A stretch of 63,872 nt of DNA, filler included, from Thraustochytrium aureum (Eukaryota), in NCBI GenBank assembly GCA_012862495.1. It is 6 parts of 4 records of this genome, joined end to end, with 100 filler letters (N's around TTAATTAATTAA, not from the genome) between each part and the next. Parts side by side here need not be neighbours in the genome. Positions count along the whole stretch, not along the records: positions 1 to 5,012 come from BLSG01000307.1; positions 5,113 to 15,959 come from BLSG01000308.1; 4 more parts are not named here. One strand, 5' to 3'. Shown here in pieces: positions 1 to 11,000 of this stretch (within the stretch, counting starts at the first letter, position 1; every line of letters starts with the position of its first letter). The position numbers were made by a program, and so were the translations under genes. The notes beneath the pieces are model-generated. The model was given only the letters and a program-made list of their open reading frames with translations, was not told the origin of the DNA and made no database searches.

Positions 1-234
1 AGGCTCGTCCAGGACAACTTCGGCAGCGACATCCTGTTCGCCGCCATCCAGGAGACGGTCTGCATCGCGGACTCCAACTCGCCGACCCCAACGACCCGGC
101 CGCCAACCACGGCGCCCGTGGGCGGCGGAACAACGGCTGCGGCGGACGAGAAAGACTCTCTGATATGGCTGCTGGGCATTGCGATCACACTGGTGCTGCT
201 TTTAGCGGTCCGCTTCGTGTTTGGCTCTACCTAA
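1..234 (+). CDS. 3' end of a type I membrane protein (Pro/Thr stalk plus C-terminal TM), virus-like scaffold
   Basis: Frame 1 reads RLVQDNFGSDILFAAIQETVC...PTPTTRPPTTAP...LIWLLGIAITLVLLLAVRFVFGST, stop TAA at 232-234. 5' truncated by the window edge. Confidence 0.65.
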   Translation, partial: RLVQDNFGSDILFAAIQETVCIADSNSPTPTTRPPTTAPVGGGTTAAADEKDSLIWLLGIAITLVLLLAVRFVFGST

Positions 235-758
235 CCCATGTCGGCCCAGGCGCAGGAGGCCCCGCCGCCATCGTTTGCCGGAACCGAGCCCGCGAAGGAC
301 TCGGAGACGGAAGCGCGGTCCGAAGAAACGGCAGAAGCGCTGTCGTTCGTGGAATCAAAGTGGCCAAGGGTCAGAGCCGGCGCGCGGCTGCTCTTCCAGA
401 CGCGCGGCTTCGATCGATGGAAGGACGGAAGCCCCAGGCGCTCCAGGTACCGGCGGAAGCCCCACGAACCAGCCGCAAACGCCGTGATCTCGCCGTAAGA
501 CTCGGACAGCGCCTCGTAGAGGGGCCCCAGTGTTTTGTCCTCGACTAGGTCGGGCAGGTCCATGGGCTCGAACTCCTCGTGCGCGCGAGCAAACACCTCG
601 GTGATGAAAACGTGGTCCAGGTAGCAGGCCGGGCTGCAGAAGAAGACCTTGCCGAAGTCCCTCGTCGTGTCGATCAGCCGCATGTACTTGAACTCGTCTG
701 TGGAGCCCACGAGGTAGCCCTCCGACTGCTGGCAGCGGAAGCAGCGGATCACCGGCAT
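231..758 (-). CDS. Hypothetical protein with treble-clef-like Zn finger (CxxC...FCSxxC)
   Basis: MPVIRCFRC...GKVFFCSPACYLDH; ATG at 758; divergent from the resolvase gene. Confidence 0.55.
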   Translation of the reverse strand: MPVIRCFRCQQSEGYLVGSTDEFKYMRLIDTTRDFGKVFFCSPACYLDHVFITEVFARAHEEFEPMDLPDLVEDKTLGPLYEALSESYGEITAFAAGSWGFRRYLERLGLPSFHRSKPRVWKSSRAPALTLGHFDSTNDSASAVSSDRASVSESFAGSVPANDGGGASCAWADMG

Positions 759-945
759 TGCGCTGGTCTGCTGCTCGTCTCTACTTTCGCCCTCCTTCGC
801 CGTATCTTGACCCGAACCAATGCGAACCAATCCACCCAGACCTACCTGCTTCGCGACAGCTTGCTCCGACGATCCGACCTATCGTCGGACCAGAAATTAA
901 AAACGCCGCTTTTTCTCTCGCGCTCTTGGCAAGCGCCGAGCCGGC

Positions 946-2022
946 ATGGCACAACAGGAGCGCATCACCGAGAAGGAGAACGTCCTGTCCTGGGACTGCG
1001 GCATGTCCAACCTGGCCTACTGCTTCCTCGAGTACGTCGATGGGGCCGGAGAAGGAGTACAAGATCCACTGCTGGGAGAACTTTAGCCTCAACGAGCGCA
1101 ACGTGACAAACGCGGTCGGCGCCCTGGTGCGAGAGTTGGAGTCGCGGCCCTGGATGATGCAGGCAGACAACGTGTGCATTGAGTCGCAAGTGGCCGACTC
1201 GCCAACCATGAAAATCATTAGCCACGCGCTGCAGACCTACTTCCTCACCAAGTCGTACACCACGACCAGCGACACCAACGGCCTGCAGCGCTTCACCACG
1301 TGTGGCCCCAAGGTGCACTTCGTCTCGCCGCAGAACAAGTTCAAGGTTTGCTCGGTCCAGGTGGTCGACATGGCCCCAGGACACGCGCGCAACAAGAAGA
1401 TCGCCATCCTCATGGCCAAAAAAATGCTCAAGAAGCAGCGCGAGGCCGCCTCGCTGGAGTACCTCGCGAGCTACAAAAAAACAGGACGACCTCNNNNNNN
1501 NNNNNNNNNNNNNNNNNNNNNNNNNNNNNNNNNNNNNNNNNNNNNNNNNNNNNNNNNNNNNNNNNNNNNNNNNNNNNNNNNNNNNNNNNNNNNNNNNNNN
1601 NNNNNNNNNNNNNNNNNNNNNNNNNNNNNNNNNNNNNNNNNNNNNNNNNNNNNNNNNNNNNNNNNNNNNNNNNNNNNNNNNNNNNNNNNNNNNNNNNNNN
1701 NNNNNNNNNNNNNNNNNNNNNNNNNNNNNNNNNNNNNNNNNNNNNNNNNNNNNNNNNNNNNNNNNNNNNNNNNNNNNNNNNNNNNNNNNNNNNNNNNNNN
1801 NNNNNNNNNNNNNNNNNNNNNNNNNNNNNNNNNNNNNCGCTCATCCGGGGCATCATCAGCAACAGGCCCGTCTCCGAGGTCTTTATCTCCGAGCACGACG
1901 ACGACAAGACCGGCCGGGCGCCGCGCGTGTACCGAAGCGAGGACTTCAAGGTGCCCACCTTCAACGTGGAGGCCGACAGCGTCAGCATGGCGCAGACCTT
2001 CCGGCGAGAGAGTGTTGCGTAG
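946..2022 (+). CDS. Holliday junction resolvase, RuvC-like (poxvirus A22 / giant-virus type); frameshifted and gapped in assembly
   Basis: ATG 946 gives MAQQERITEKENVLSWDCGMSNLAYC. After a slip in the G-run near 1042 it continues with VCIESQ...MKIISHALQTYF...VHFVSPQNKFK...RNKKIAI. After a slip in the A-run near 1475-1481 it reads YKKQDDL. The acidic catalytic motifs of the A22 family are present. Linking 1838-2022 across the gap as the C-terminus is inferred. Confidence 0.85.
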
Positions 2023-2064
2023 CAAAAAAAGTCCCCGCCGGAAAATCAGTGACGCAGTCAGAGG

Positions 2065-2832
2065 ATGGAAGTCGAGACGTACCGTCTACCCAAGGGTCTG
2101 CTGTCAGCTGCTCACCCCAAGAGCAAGCGCAGGCGCGGTCCCGAGAGTCGGAGCGTGCGGTTCGAGCCCGGCGAGCCCGAGCAGGCCACCGTGCCACACA
2201 TCGTCATCAACCAGGCGCCGCAGGAGCAGAAGCAGGCCTCCGGCGGGTCCATACCCTTTGCCTACATCGCGGCCTTCGCGGTCGTCGTCTCCGCGGCCAT
2301 CGGACTCTACCTCTACGCGGGATCCAAGCGAGAGGCGCCGGAGCCGCAAGTCGCGCTCGTTGGCGACGAGGCCGGCCCCGCAGACGCAGGACCAACCGAA
2401 GAGCAACTGGAGCAGTGGAGGAAGGAGGCCGAGGACGAGCAGCGCTTCGGGATGATCCAGAGGAAAGGCCAGATCACACACGAAATCGAGCAGATCCGCC
2501 AGGCGCTCGCGCAGACGGACCAACAGGCGAAGCAAACAAAGGAGGAGTTCGAGAACAGGTTTGGCACAAAGAAGATGAGCTACGACCACGAGCTGTCGGA
2601 GATGGAGGCCGAGCAGAGCCTCGACACCGCTTTCATGCTCAAGGAAGACGTGGACAAGAAGAAGACCGAGATGATCCAGGTCGGCGAGCAGATGGCCCAG
2701 AGGAGCGCACAGCTCGGCAAGCAACTCGAGGAAGCCTACGGGAGGCTGCAGTCCCTCGACAGGGACTGGCGGGCGGCCTTCCCGGGTGGGCCGCCCCTGC
2801 TGCCGCCTCAACCAACGGCACAAAACGAATGA
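2065..2832 (+). CDS. Hypothetical single-TM protein with C-terminal coiled coil
   Basis: 255 aa ORF; TM segment IPFAYIAAFAVVVSAAIGLYLYAG followed by E/Q/K-rich heptads. Confidence 0.7.
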   Translation: MEVETYRLPKGLLSAAHPKSKRRRGPESRSVRFEPGEPEQATVPHIVINQAPQEQKQASGGSIPFAYIAAFAVVVSAAIGLYLYAGSKREAPEPQVALVGDEAGPADAGPTEEQLEQWRKEAEDEQRFGMIQRKGQITHEIEQIRQALAQTDQQAKQTKEEFENRFGTKKMSYDHELSEMEAEQSLDTAFMLKEDVDKKKTEMIQVGEQMAQRSAQLGKQLEEAYGRLQSLDRDWRAAFPGGPPLLPPQPTAQNE

Positions 2833-2920
2833 AACACAAGCACGCGAAAGCAAACGACACGGGGTTGCCAAAACACAAAAGATTACTACTCTTTTTTTGT
2901 CACGCCCACCTTTGGGGAAG

Positions 2921-3544
2921 ATGTGCGGCTTCCTCGGAGGCCTCTGGTCTTGCTGGCGAAGCGAGGGCGGCCTCGACGCTATCCAATTTTCCAATGCGCT
3001 CGGCCTCTTCCCCATAATCATGTGCCTGCAGGCCGGCCTCTTTCGCCTCGCGCTAGTTCTGGTTGCCTCGTTCGCGGCCAGCGTGTACTACCACTGCGAC
3101 GAGGGCAACGAGCACGCCTACCACCTCGATGTGGGCATGTGCGGCGTCACGGCCGCCTTCTGCTGCTACATTCTCATCAACGACAACGTCCGGGCCACCG
3201 CGGCCAACCTGCTCGCCTTGGTCTACAGCTCTGCGGCCCTGGGATTCTTCTTCGGCGCGGGCGACCCTGGCGACCCGGACTACGACGTCTACCACACCGG
3301 CTGGCACCTCTGCATCCTCTACGCCACGTCGCTCTTCATCTTCAGCCACATCAACACCTCCCGCCACGTGGTGCGCGGGATTACCTCAAGGGTCAGTCTT
3401 GGGTTTGGTTCCACTGCGAAACCTCGCGCCCCGACCCGCTCTGTCTCGGCAGGAACAGCGTCCCCAGCCTCGGCCGAAAAGCCCCCAGCACTCCCAGTCC
3501 GTGCTGCGCGAGCTCATGTTGTGCTCGTCGCGGCCGCTCGCTAG
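2921..3544 (+). CDS. CREST-superfamily (TMEM8/myomaker/ceramidase-like) multi-pass membrane protein
   Basis: ATG 2921; motifs FSNALGLFP, SVYYHCDE, YHLD and YHTGWH in hydrophobic helices. The 3' end is uncertain because it overlaps the opposite-strand ORF. Confidence 0.7.
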   Translation: MCGFLGGLWSCWRSEGGLDAIQFSNALGLFPIIMCLQAGLFRLALVLVASFAASVYYHCDEGNEHAYHLDVGMCGVTAAFCCYILINDNVRATAANLLALVYSSAALGFFFGAGDPGDPDYDVYHTGWHLCILYATSLFIFSHINTSRHVVRGITSRVSLGFGSTAKPRAPTRSVSAGTASPASAEKPPALPVRAARAHVVLVAAAR

Positions 3545-4613
3545 GCCCCCCGGTCAGAGTGGAGCTGCCGAGGCTGCCGCTGAGGATGTTGGCCACCAGT
3601 GCCTCCAACTCGGGGTCGGTTTCGGTGATCGCCAGCGCGGCCGCCATAGGAGAAAAGTTGATCCGCGGCCCGCGTGTTGCGGAACCGGTTTCTATGGCGC
3701 GCTCGCAGGCCTCGAGCTCGTACAACACGGCGTCTTTGATGAGAAAGAGCAGCCCGTGCGGGTCCGCCGCGGCGTTCTCCGCCAGCCGGTCGATCTTGAC
3801 TTTGTCGGCGACCAGCATCGACTTGCAGGCGCGCGCGTCGATGAACACGTACTCGCGCACCATGTAGGACCACTCGGGCAGCGCCTCCGACTGCAGCTCC
3901 GCGGACACTCTGGTGCCGCTCTCCGACACGCTTGCGCAGGTGTCTAGCGCGTGGACCATGGCGTCCGCGCAGCTCGACTCGATCGCAAGGAGGCGGTTGT
4001 GGTACTCCGCCTGCTGCTCCATTCGCAACTCGCGCTGCTCAAAGGTGTCCAGAAGCCAAGAGGACGACGCGGCGCCCATGGCAGCCGCCTTTTGCTGGAG
4101 GCGGCGCACCACCGGCGACGAGAAGGGCTCGCGCGTCAAGGCGCAAACAAAGTTGCTCGTCGTCTGCAAGTAGGCCACCAGGTCCGGGCAGGAGTACGCC
4201 ACGACGGACCCATTGTTGGTGACGTAGCGGAACACGGCCCGCGTCTCGATTACGTCCTGGGTGATAGGGCACACCACCGCGAGCCCGCGCGAGCAAAAGT
4301 GGCCGCGCCGCGGCAGGTCCGGGTCCGTGTTGTTGACCACGTCCGCCCAGGACCGCACTCGTCGCCACCAGGCCTGGACCTTCGTGGCGGCCAGAAGCAC
4401 CGAAGCCGCTGTCTGTTCGGGCGCCTTGAACCCGACTGCCGCCGCGAGCCGCATGTAGGTCGGGGTGCAGTAGCGAGAGGGACTGTAGTCGATTTCGAGC
4501 CGCTTGGGTGGGCAGTCGCGCCTGGAGAGCTTTCGTTTCAGGCTGTCTTCCATGCAGAGAAGAAGGAAATCGTCTGGCCGAAGCAGGCTTCGGTGGCCCA
4601 CCGGCGATGACAT
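3393..4613 (-). CDS. IQ-motif plus U-box/RING-like domain protein, giant-virus type
   Basis: IQ-like AATKVQAWWRRVR, then CPITQDVI...AYSCPDLVAYL...CALTREPFS...VRRL. The true stop may be near 3541 if the G-run there is miscalled. Confidence 0.65.
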   Translation of the reverse strand: MSSPVGHRSLLRPDDFLLLCMEDSLKRKLSRRDCPPKRLEIDYSPSRYCTPTYMRLAAAVGFKAPEQTAASVLLAATKVQAWWRRVRSWADVVNNTDPDLPRRGHFCSRGLAVVCPITQDVIETRAVFRYVTNNGSVVAYSCPDLVAYLQTTSNFVCALTREPFSSPVVRRLQQKAAAMGAASSSWLLDTFEQRELRMEQQAEYHNRLLAIESSCADAMVHALDTCASVSESGTRVSAELQSEALPEWSYMVREYVFIDARACKSMLVADKVKIDRLAENAAADPHGLLFLIKDAVLYELEACERAIETGSATRGPRINFSPMAAALAITETDPELEALVANILSGSLGSSTLTGGPSERPRRAQHELAQHGLGVLGAFRPRLGTLFLPRQSGSGREVSQWNQTQD

Positions 4614-4661
4614 CACCCGGCATCTGCCAAGAAAAAAATGTCTGGTTTCCATCGAGCCAAG

Positions 4662-5012
4662 ATGGCGCCGTCGAAGGACCAGTGGATCAAAGACCCCGCA
4701 CAGGTGCTGATCTTGCTGGTCACAACCGCGGCAGGGCTTTCGCTGCCTTACTACCGAAAGTTAAACGAGCTCCTCCCCGAAAGCCACCCAGTTGTTGGCG
4801 CGGTGCTCTCCGGGCTAATAACCTTCGTGCTGACGTACCCGGCACTCTACTATGCAGACCGCAAGTACTCTTTGAGCAGCGCGTTCCTGTTAGGTCTACT
4901 TGTGGCGGAGTTCACGGTATACGGCGCCCCACCGGGCTTCCCCACCCCTGTGGCGTTGAGTTTTTTCTATTTTATGTTCTGGTTCGAATTGGCGGAAGCT
5001 AGCCATCTCTGG
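4662..5012 (+). CDS. Small multi-pass membrane protein (3' truncated)
   Basis: MAPSKDQWIKDPAQVLILLVTT...; three to four hydrophobic segments; runs into the scaffold end. Confidence 0.55.
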
Positions 5013-5112
5013 NNNNNNNNNNNNNNNNNNNNNNNNNNNNNNNNNNNNNNNNNNNNTTAATTAATTAANNNNNNNNNNNNNNNNNNNNNNNNNNNNNNNN
5101 NNNNNNNNNNNN
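5013..5112. other. Artificial scaffold linker
   Basis: N-run, TTAATTAATTAA (5057-5068, stops in all six frames), N-run; 100 nt total. Confidence 0.97.
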
Positions 5113-5209
5113 CTCGGCACGTGAGGGCGCACGGTTTGTGAGGGTGGCGGGATGAGAACTTTCCGTTGTTTTTGGAATTTATTCAGTGTATTCGGTTTGC
5201 CTTCGCCTG

Positions 5210-7708
5210 TCACTCTTTCTGGTCGTTAGGTTGGACAAACTCGAACATGAGGCACTCGGCGTCGGAGAGCTCCAGCTCGGCGTCGCTGTCCTTGCACAGC
5301 CCCAATGGCTCCAGGTCGGCCAGCGTCACTTCGGCGCTGTTCTCCGTGTCCAGGAGGTGCGCGGGCGGCGGCGGCGGCGGAGGCCCCGGCGCGTACGTGG
5401 CGTTCACGGGCACAGCTGTTACCGGCAGAGCCTCAGGGAGCGACTCCAAGTCGCCCTCCACGTCGGGCGGTTGCTCGACGACGCTGTTGATGAGCGAGAA
5501 TGTGCTGTCGCTCACTTCCTGCATCAGGTCGTGCACGCCGTACATGCCGAGCTCCTTGCTCGAGTACGGCCGGGGCGCCACGAGCGCGCGCCTCGCCGCA
5601 TTGCCAGGCAGGTTGAAGAGCGCTTCGGGCACGCTGCGCACGTAATTCGACAGATACTGCTGGGGGAGCGGCGGGAAGACCTGCGGCGGTATGAGAGTCT
5701 TCTGCACGAGGGTCTTTCCGCGGACCTTTAGCTGGGGGCAGACGTCGTAGCTGATCAGCTGCGTCATGGTCTTGCTCAGCCCGATCGGGTCCCTGGCCAC
5801 TTGGCCGGTGGGGTCGACGTAGGCGTGCTCACGCTCGTAGACCGGCTTTCGCATACCGGACGTGTTGGGCGGCGTGTACAGTTTGCGCGGCACCTTCATC
5901 TGGATCAGCGTGTCAAGCTTGTCGCTGTGCATGTGGCTGCCCACGGGGTCGTTCGTGAGGCGGAAGGACACGCATAGCAGAACTGACTCGCTCGCGGCGA
6001 GTCGGTCGTGCATGTGCATGAACTTGAGGTGGTCAATCGGAAGGCGCATGATGCTGTCGTTGAACAACATCATGTTGCCCGGGTCGACCACCGCCTCGAC
6101 GGTGCGGTTCAAATAGTTCGAGTCGATGGTTTCCGCGAGCCTCCGGTCCGCGATTCGGATCGAGTTGGGCGCGTGGCACTGCGCGAATTCGCGCAACAAA
6201 AAGCCTTCGTCCGGCTCGTTGAGGCTCTCCTCGGCGTTGCGGCCCGCCTTAAAGGTGCTCTGGCGAGGCAAGCGATCGGCCGCAACGGCACTCAGGTCCT
6301 GGTTGGCGAAAACGTTCTTTTTCTCCTACGAAAGCTGGCACGTGCGAGCCCGACAAGAACGGCATGGAGATCTTGTTTTGACCGAGGTTGAGCACGGCGG
6401 TGTAGAACTGGTCGTTGCCCGGTCCTTCTGAACGCCAGGCGCTGGGGGCCACCCGGTGGTCTCGGTGCCAGAAGCGCATACGAGCCGCGCTGTGCTGCTC
6501 GGGCCGGAACACGTGCACCTTGGTGCCCAGGTACTCGATGCCGCGCGGGGTGAGGCTCTCGTTATCGTCCATCACCGCCTTGAGCATCACCGACTTGATG
6601 ATGGGCAGCGCCGACCCCTCGAACAGCGTTCGGCCCAGCGCGCGGTGCACGCCGTGGAAGGCGGTGGCCGTGGGCACAAGGCCGTCCATCCGCATGCTGA
6701 AGCAGCCGCCGGCCCGGTCGTCAAACTCGAACCCGCTACCGTTGGCCCACTCAAGCACGGCGTCGCGAACGCGCTTGATGGCGTCGGGCATCGCGCTGCA
6801 GATGGGTCCGATGGGCGTCATGCTGTCGAAACCAACCGCGTGCGCGATGCCAGGTAGGNNNNNNNNNNNNNNNNNNNNNNNNNNNNNNNNNNNNNNNNNN
6901 NNNNNNNNNNNNNNNNNNNNNNNNNNNNNNNNNNNNNNNNNNNNNNNNNNNNNNNNNNNNNNNNNNNNNNNNNNNNNNNNNNNNNNNNNNNNNNNNNNNN
7001 NNNNNNNNNNNNNNNNNNNNNNNNNNNNNNNNNNNNNNNNNNNNNNNNNNNNNNNNNNNNNNNNNNNNNNNNNNNNNNNNNNNCGCAGCCGTTGTACACG
7101 ATGTCCATGGCGTCCGTAAACTCCTTGAGCTGCTGCTTCGCCTGCGGCTGCGCGTAGACCTGCATGATCATCGGCAGCATGTTCCGAGGCCCGCTCCTGG
7201 CGCGGACCGTGGCGCTCACCCCGGCGGCCCGAGCTTCAGCATGTCGTCCGGGCTGGCTGCGGGTATGATGCTGGTCGTGGGCAAACTGCTCCCGCGGAAC
7301 CGCCGATTGACGCTGCTGGCCCCGGTGCTGGCCATGCTGCTGCTGCTGCTGCTGCTGCTGCGCATCGCCCCGCGTCATGGTGGCTCGCGCCATTCTAGCG
7401 TCTTGCGCTGTACTCACAGCTGCTTGCGGCGCAGCACGTGTCGCGGAGTGCGGCACTCTCATCATGATGTAGGTGTCGGGACCAGCGGACGTGCGTTGCA
7501 CCCTGAAGGCTCGATGCGCCCCGCTCATGTCGTAGCTGTCGTGGCTGTCTTCTTCCCGGGCACGCCTGACGCCAACGTGCAAGTCAGCGCCGGGCTGTTG
7601 TCCATGCTGGTGTTCGCGCTGGTCATGGTCTTGGTGATGGTGCTGGTCATCGCCCGCGGCGAGCCCCGACGTGCCCACGTACCTCTCGATGTTGGCCTGG
7701 CTGTTCAT
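5210..7708 (-). CDS. Large hypothetical protein with Gln/His-rich N-terminus and Pro/acidic C-terminus (one gene, frameshifted and gapped)
   Basis: ORF pieces 7708-7084, 6858-~6320 and ~6320-5210 join across the N gap and an A-run slip near 6320 (FVGEK/NVFANQDLSAVAADRLPRQSTF). AATAAA lies just downstream on the minus strand (~5180). Confidence 0.55.
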
Positions 7709-8002
7709 GGTGTCGCGGTTTGCGGTTGCGGCTGCGGGTGGGCGCTTTGGGCTTTGCTTGGTCTTTTGCGTTTGGGGTCTGCCGGCTGGGGGTTTGCCGG
7801 CGTGCGGCCTGCCGGCCTGCCGGCCTGCCCATGCTGGTCATGGCGCATCACGCCGCATATTCCGAGCGCCACTGGTTGAACCAAATGGATCTTCCGCAGG
7901 TTAGGCCTTGGGCGGGTGCGATTGTTTGCGTTTTTTTGAGTTTTTGAAGAGAAAGAATTTGAATTTGTTTAAAAGTTTTGCAGGCACGCATGCCGGAACT
8001 TC

Positions 8003-11000
8003 TCACGGGCGTTGCCGCTTGGAGCTAGGCTGCGATGTGGTGCTTGTCAGCGTTTTCACCCCGAAGAAGCCGAGGATGTTGCTTTTGTTTGCCCTGGCGA
8101 CATGTCGTGTCGCATATGACCTCGCCGTGAAGAGTGCGCGAGTTCGGTCCGCTCCAATCGTGAGAGTGAGCATCGTTTGCATCGGCTGCACAATGAAGGT
8201 CTTGAGATAGTACTGCGTGTCGATCTGAAGCTGACGCTCACGCGCATATGCGTAGCACTCCGCGCGCTCGGAGACCTTGCGACCACCTTCAGCCAGGATG
8301 ACAAACTCAACCCTGTCGCCAACTTGCGGAGCGGCGTGGGGGGTCCGATGTCTGATTTTCGCTGCAACCGCAATGTGCACGGGGGGCGGGTCGCTATACT
8401 CGTCTTTGCTAATGCTCTTGCTCACGGCAAAGTCCTCGTAAGGGAGTTCTGAGGCGAGGAGTTTTTGTATCTCGCTCCGCACAAAGTCGACACCGCCCTC
8501 CACGTCCCCACGCACGACGCAGTGCTCTAAGAAACCGCGCTGCACTCTGCCAAGAATAGGGCTGTTGTCCCTCCTTGTCAAACCGATCCCCTTGTAGACG
8601 AGTTCTTGAGTGTCAAAGATGAAGCCGCAATACATCTTCTTCTGAATGAGGATCATGCGATTCATCGTGAGCTCATACTCGATCAACATTGTGGGCGGGA
8701 AGAGCTCGGAGTTGATTGCTCGCTCCAGCCGAATCGCTGCGCTTCGAGCGACCTCGGGGTCCTTCACCGTGGGCACACTATACATGATTGAATCCGTGTT
8801 GCTGACGATCAGAGAGCCAGCACCTGCGAGAAACTCGTGGTTAGATGTTGTGAGGTCATATACGAAACCACTTGAAGCCTCCGGCGCGAGAACGGGGCTA
8901 GAAACGACTGTCGCGTGGCGTTTCAGAAGGAGACGATCACATGGATGAGAACCATTCGTCACACTGCACCGTCGATTGTCGAAAGTAACACAAAACTCAC
9001 GCCTGTCGTCTGAAACGACGGTGACGTGTGGCATCGCCTTAGTTCCAAAAGCCTGCAGCGATGAGTGCGCGAGAGCAACGAGCCCGAGAACCATTTCCCC
9101 ACCGTGCACGTGGGCGTGAAATACACCGCCTTCATCTTGGAAATTAGCCAGTGAGAGTCCACCACCACCTGCAGTCGCCACGCCTGAGAGGAAAGCGCGT
9201 TTCACGCTAGTTTTCCGTGAAAAATGTCTGGTGAGACACAAAAGGTATGTGAGTGTGCACACCCCATAAGCGGCTTGCTTTCCCCTGTATTTTCCACAGC
9301 GTGGAGGCGTGGTTTGCACCCGTCTGCCTTCCATCCCTTCCATGAGTTGCTGATGAGATTTCGCCAGCTAAAGAAGAAGCTCTGAACTTCCCACTCGCCC
9401 ACCGCGCTCGGAGACAGTTCGTAGCGGGCTCGCAATGTGTTTTCGGCGTGATCGCAATCTTCATCCGTGACACAACGCAAGTCCCACTTGAGCAGGGGTA
9501 TCGATGCGCGTGCGCGTCTAAGCGCAACCAATGCTGTTGTTTTGTCCTGCACGCAGAGGCGCCACTCGATCAAGCAGCCCATTGCGTTCGTGCCGATATA
9601 CAGACCGGCCAGCCAAGCCAGGTCTTCGCTCAACACAAACCACCCTTGTCCGCCGGGGTTGTCCAGAGACGCGTTTGCATACGTCTTACTTCCCCTGTCC
9701 CCGCGGTTTTCAACACGGGAAGTCTTTTCCAGAAGATTCGCACTTGCTCGCGTGGTCGCCGCCATTGGGAACGGGCCAACGCACCTAGAGCGTGTTGCGG
9801 CTGCTGCCCTTGTTAAGCGAGCAGGGGCCTCGTGGTGTACACGCTCGGGGATGCGCGCGCCAGGTGACACGGTGTCCGCGATGCGCATCGGGCCGAGGTC
9901 GTGTGGGCCCGGCAAGGAATGCAGGAGTTCAATAGAACTGCTCTCCCTGCCCTCTTGAATGTCAAGGGGCGACACGCGTCGCTTGTCCTTCGTGAACAGC
10001 GAATGATCGGTTGTGCACACAACAGAGCCCGCGCTGGTGCTGACNNNNNNNNNNNNNNNNNNNNNNNNNNNNNNNNNNNNNNNNNNNNNNNNNNNNNNNN
10101 NNNNNNNNNNNNNNNNNNNNNNNNNNNNNNNNNNNNNNNNNNNNNNNNNNNNNNNNNNNNNNNNNNNNNNNNNNNNNNNNNNNNNNNNNNNNNNNNNNNN
10201 NNNNNNNNNNNNNNNNNNNNNNNNNNNNNNNNNNNNNNNNNNNNNNNNNNNNNNNNNNNNNNNNNNNNNNNNNNNNNNNNNNNNNNNNNNNNNNNNNNNN
10301 NNNNNNNNNNNNNNNNNNCGTCCATGTCTCCACGCCCTTGTCGGTCAGGTCAACCGCCTGCTTGCTGCTGCGGCTGCCGCGAAAGCGGCTGCCGATGCGC
10401 TTGATGCCATCGGTGAGGCCTGCCGCGATGCCTCGAGCGCGCGGTTTGTCCTGCACGGGCAGCCAGACGGACGCGGGCAGTGCGTCCGGTGCAATGCCGA
10501 GCGCGATAGGCGGGTAGCTCCTCGATTGTGCATGTCAGCACCCTGCCTCGCACGCGCAACAGCAGCGGCGTGGGGCCCACGACCGAGTCGCCGTAGACGA
10601 TCTTGACGCTCGGCGGGGCGCACGTGGCGGGATCAAGACCGGCCGCGCGCAGAGCCTCGGGTGCCGCCGCCTCCGGGTTGATCTCGAAGAAGCGCTGCTC
10701 GATGAAGTGCTTGGCCATGTACAGGTAGTCGCGGCCCTTGGCGGTGATGGAGCGCGCCAGCGCAAAGTTGGGCACAGGGCTGTACTCGGAGCCGCAAAAG
10801 CCGTACATGGCGTTGCAGACCACCTTGGTGGCCAGCTGCTGCGCGTTTAGCACGGCGCGCATGAAGCGGTCGGTCTCGGCCTTCATGGCGGCCTTGATGG
10901 AGCGACGCGCCGCGAGCAGCTCGCGCTCGATGAGCGGCAGCAAGCCCTCGTGCCGCGACTTGCGCACGAAGAGCTCGCCGGAGGGGAGCTCCTCCGTATC

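Noticed and set aside
946..1493. Programmed frameshifting or pseudogenisation of viral genes
   Set aside because: The same single-base homopolymer slips hit essential host genes (COPA, TRM61), pointing to sequencing error. Real decay cannot be fully excluded without reads.
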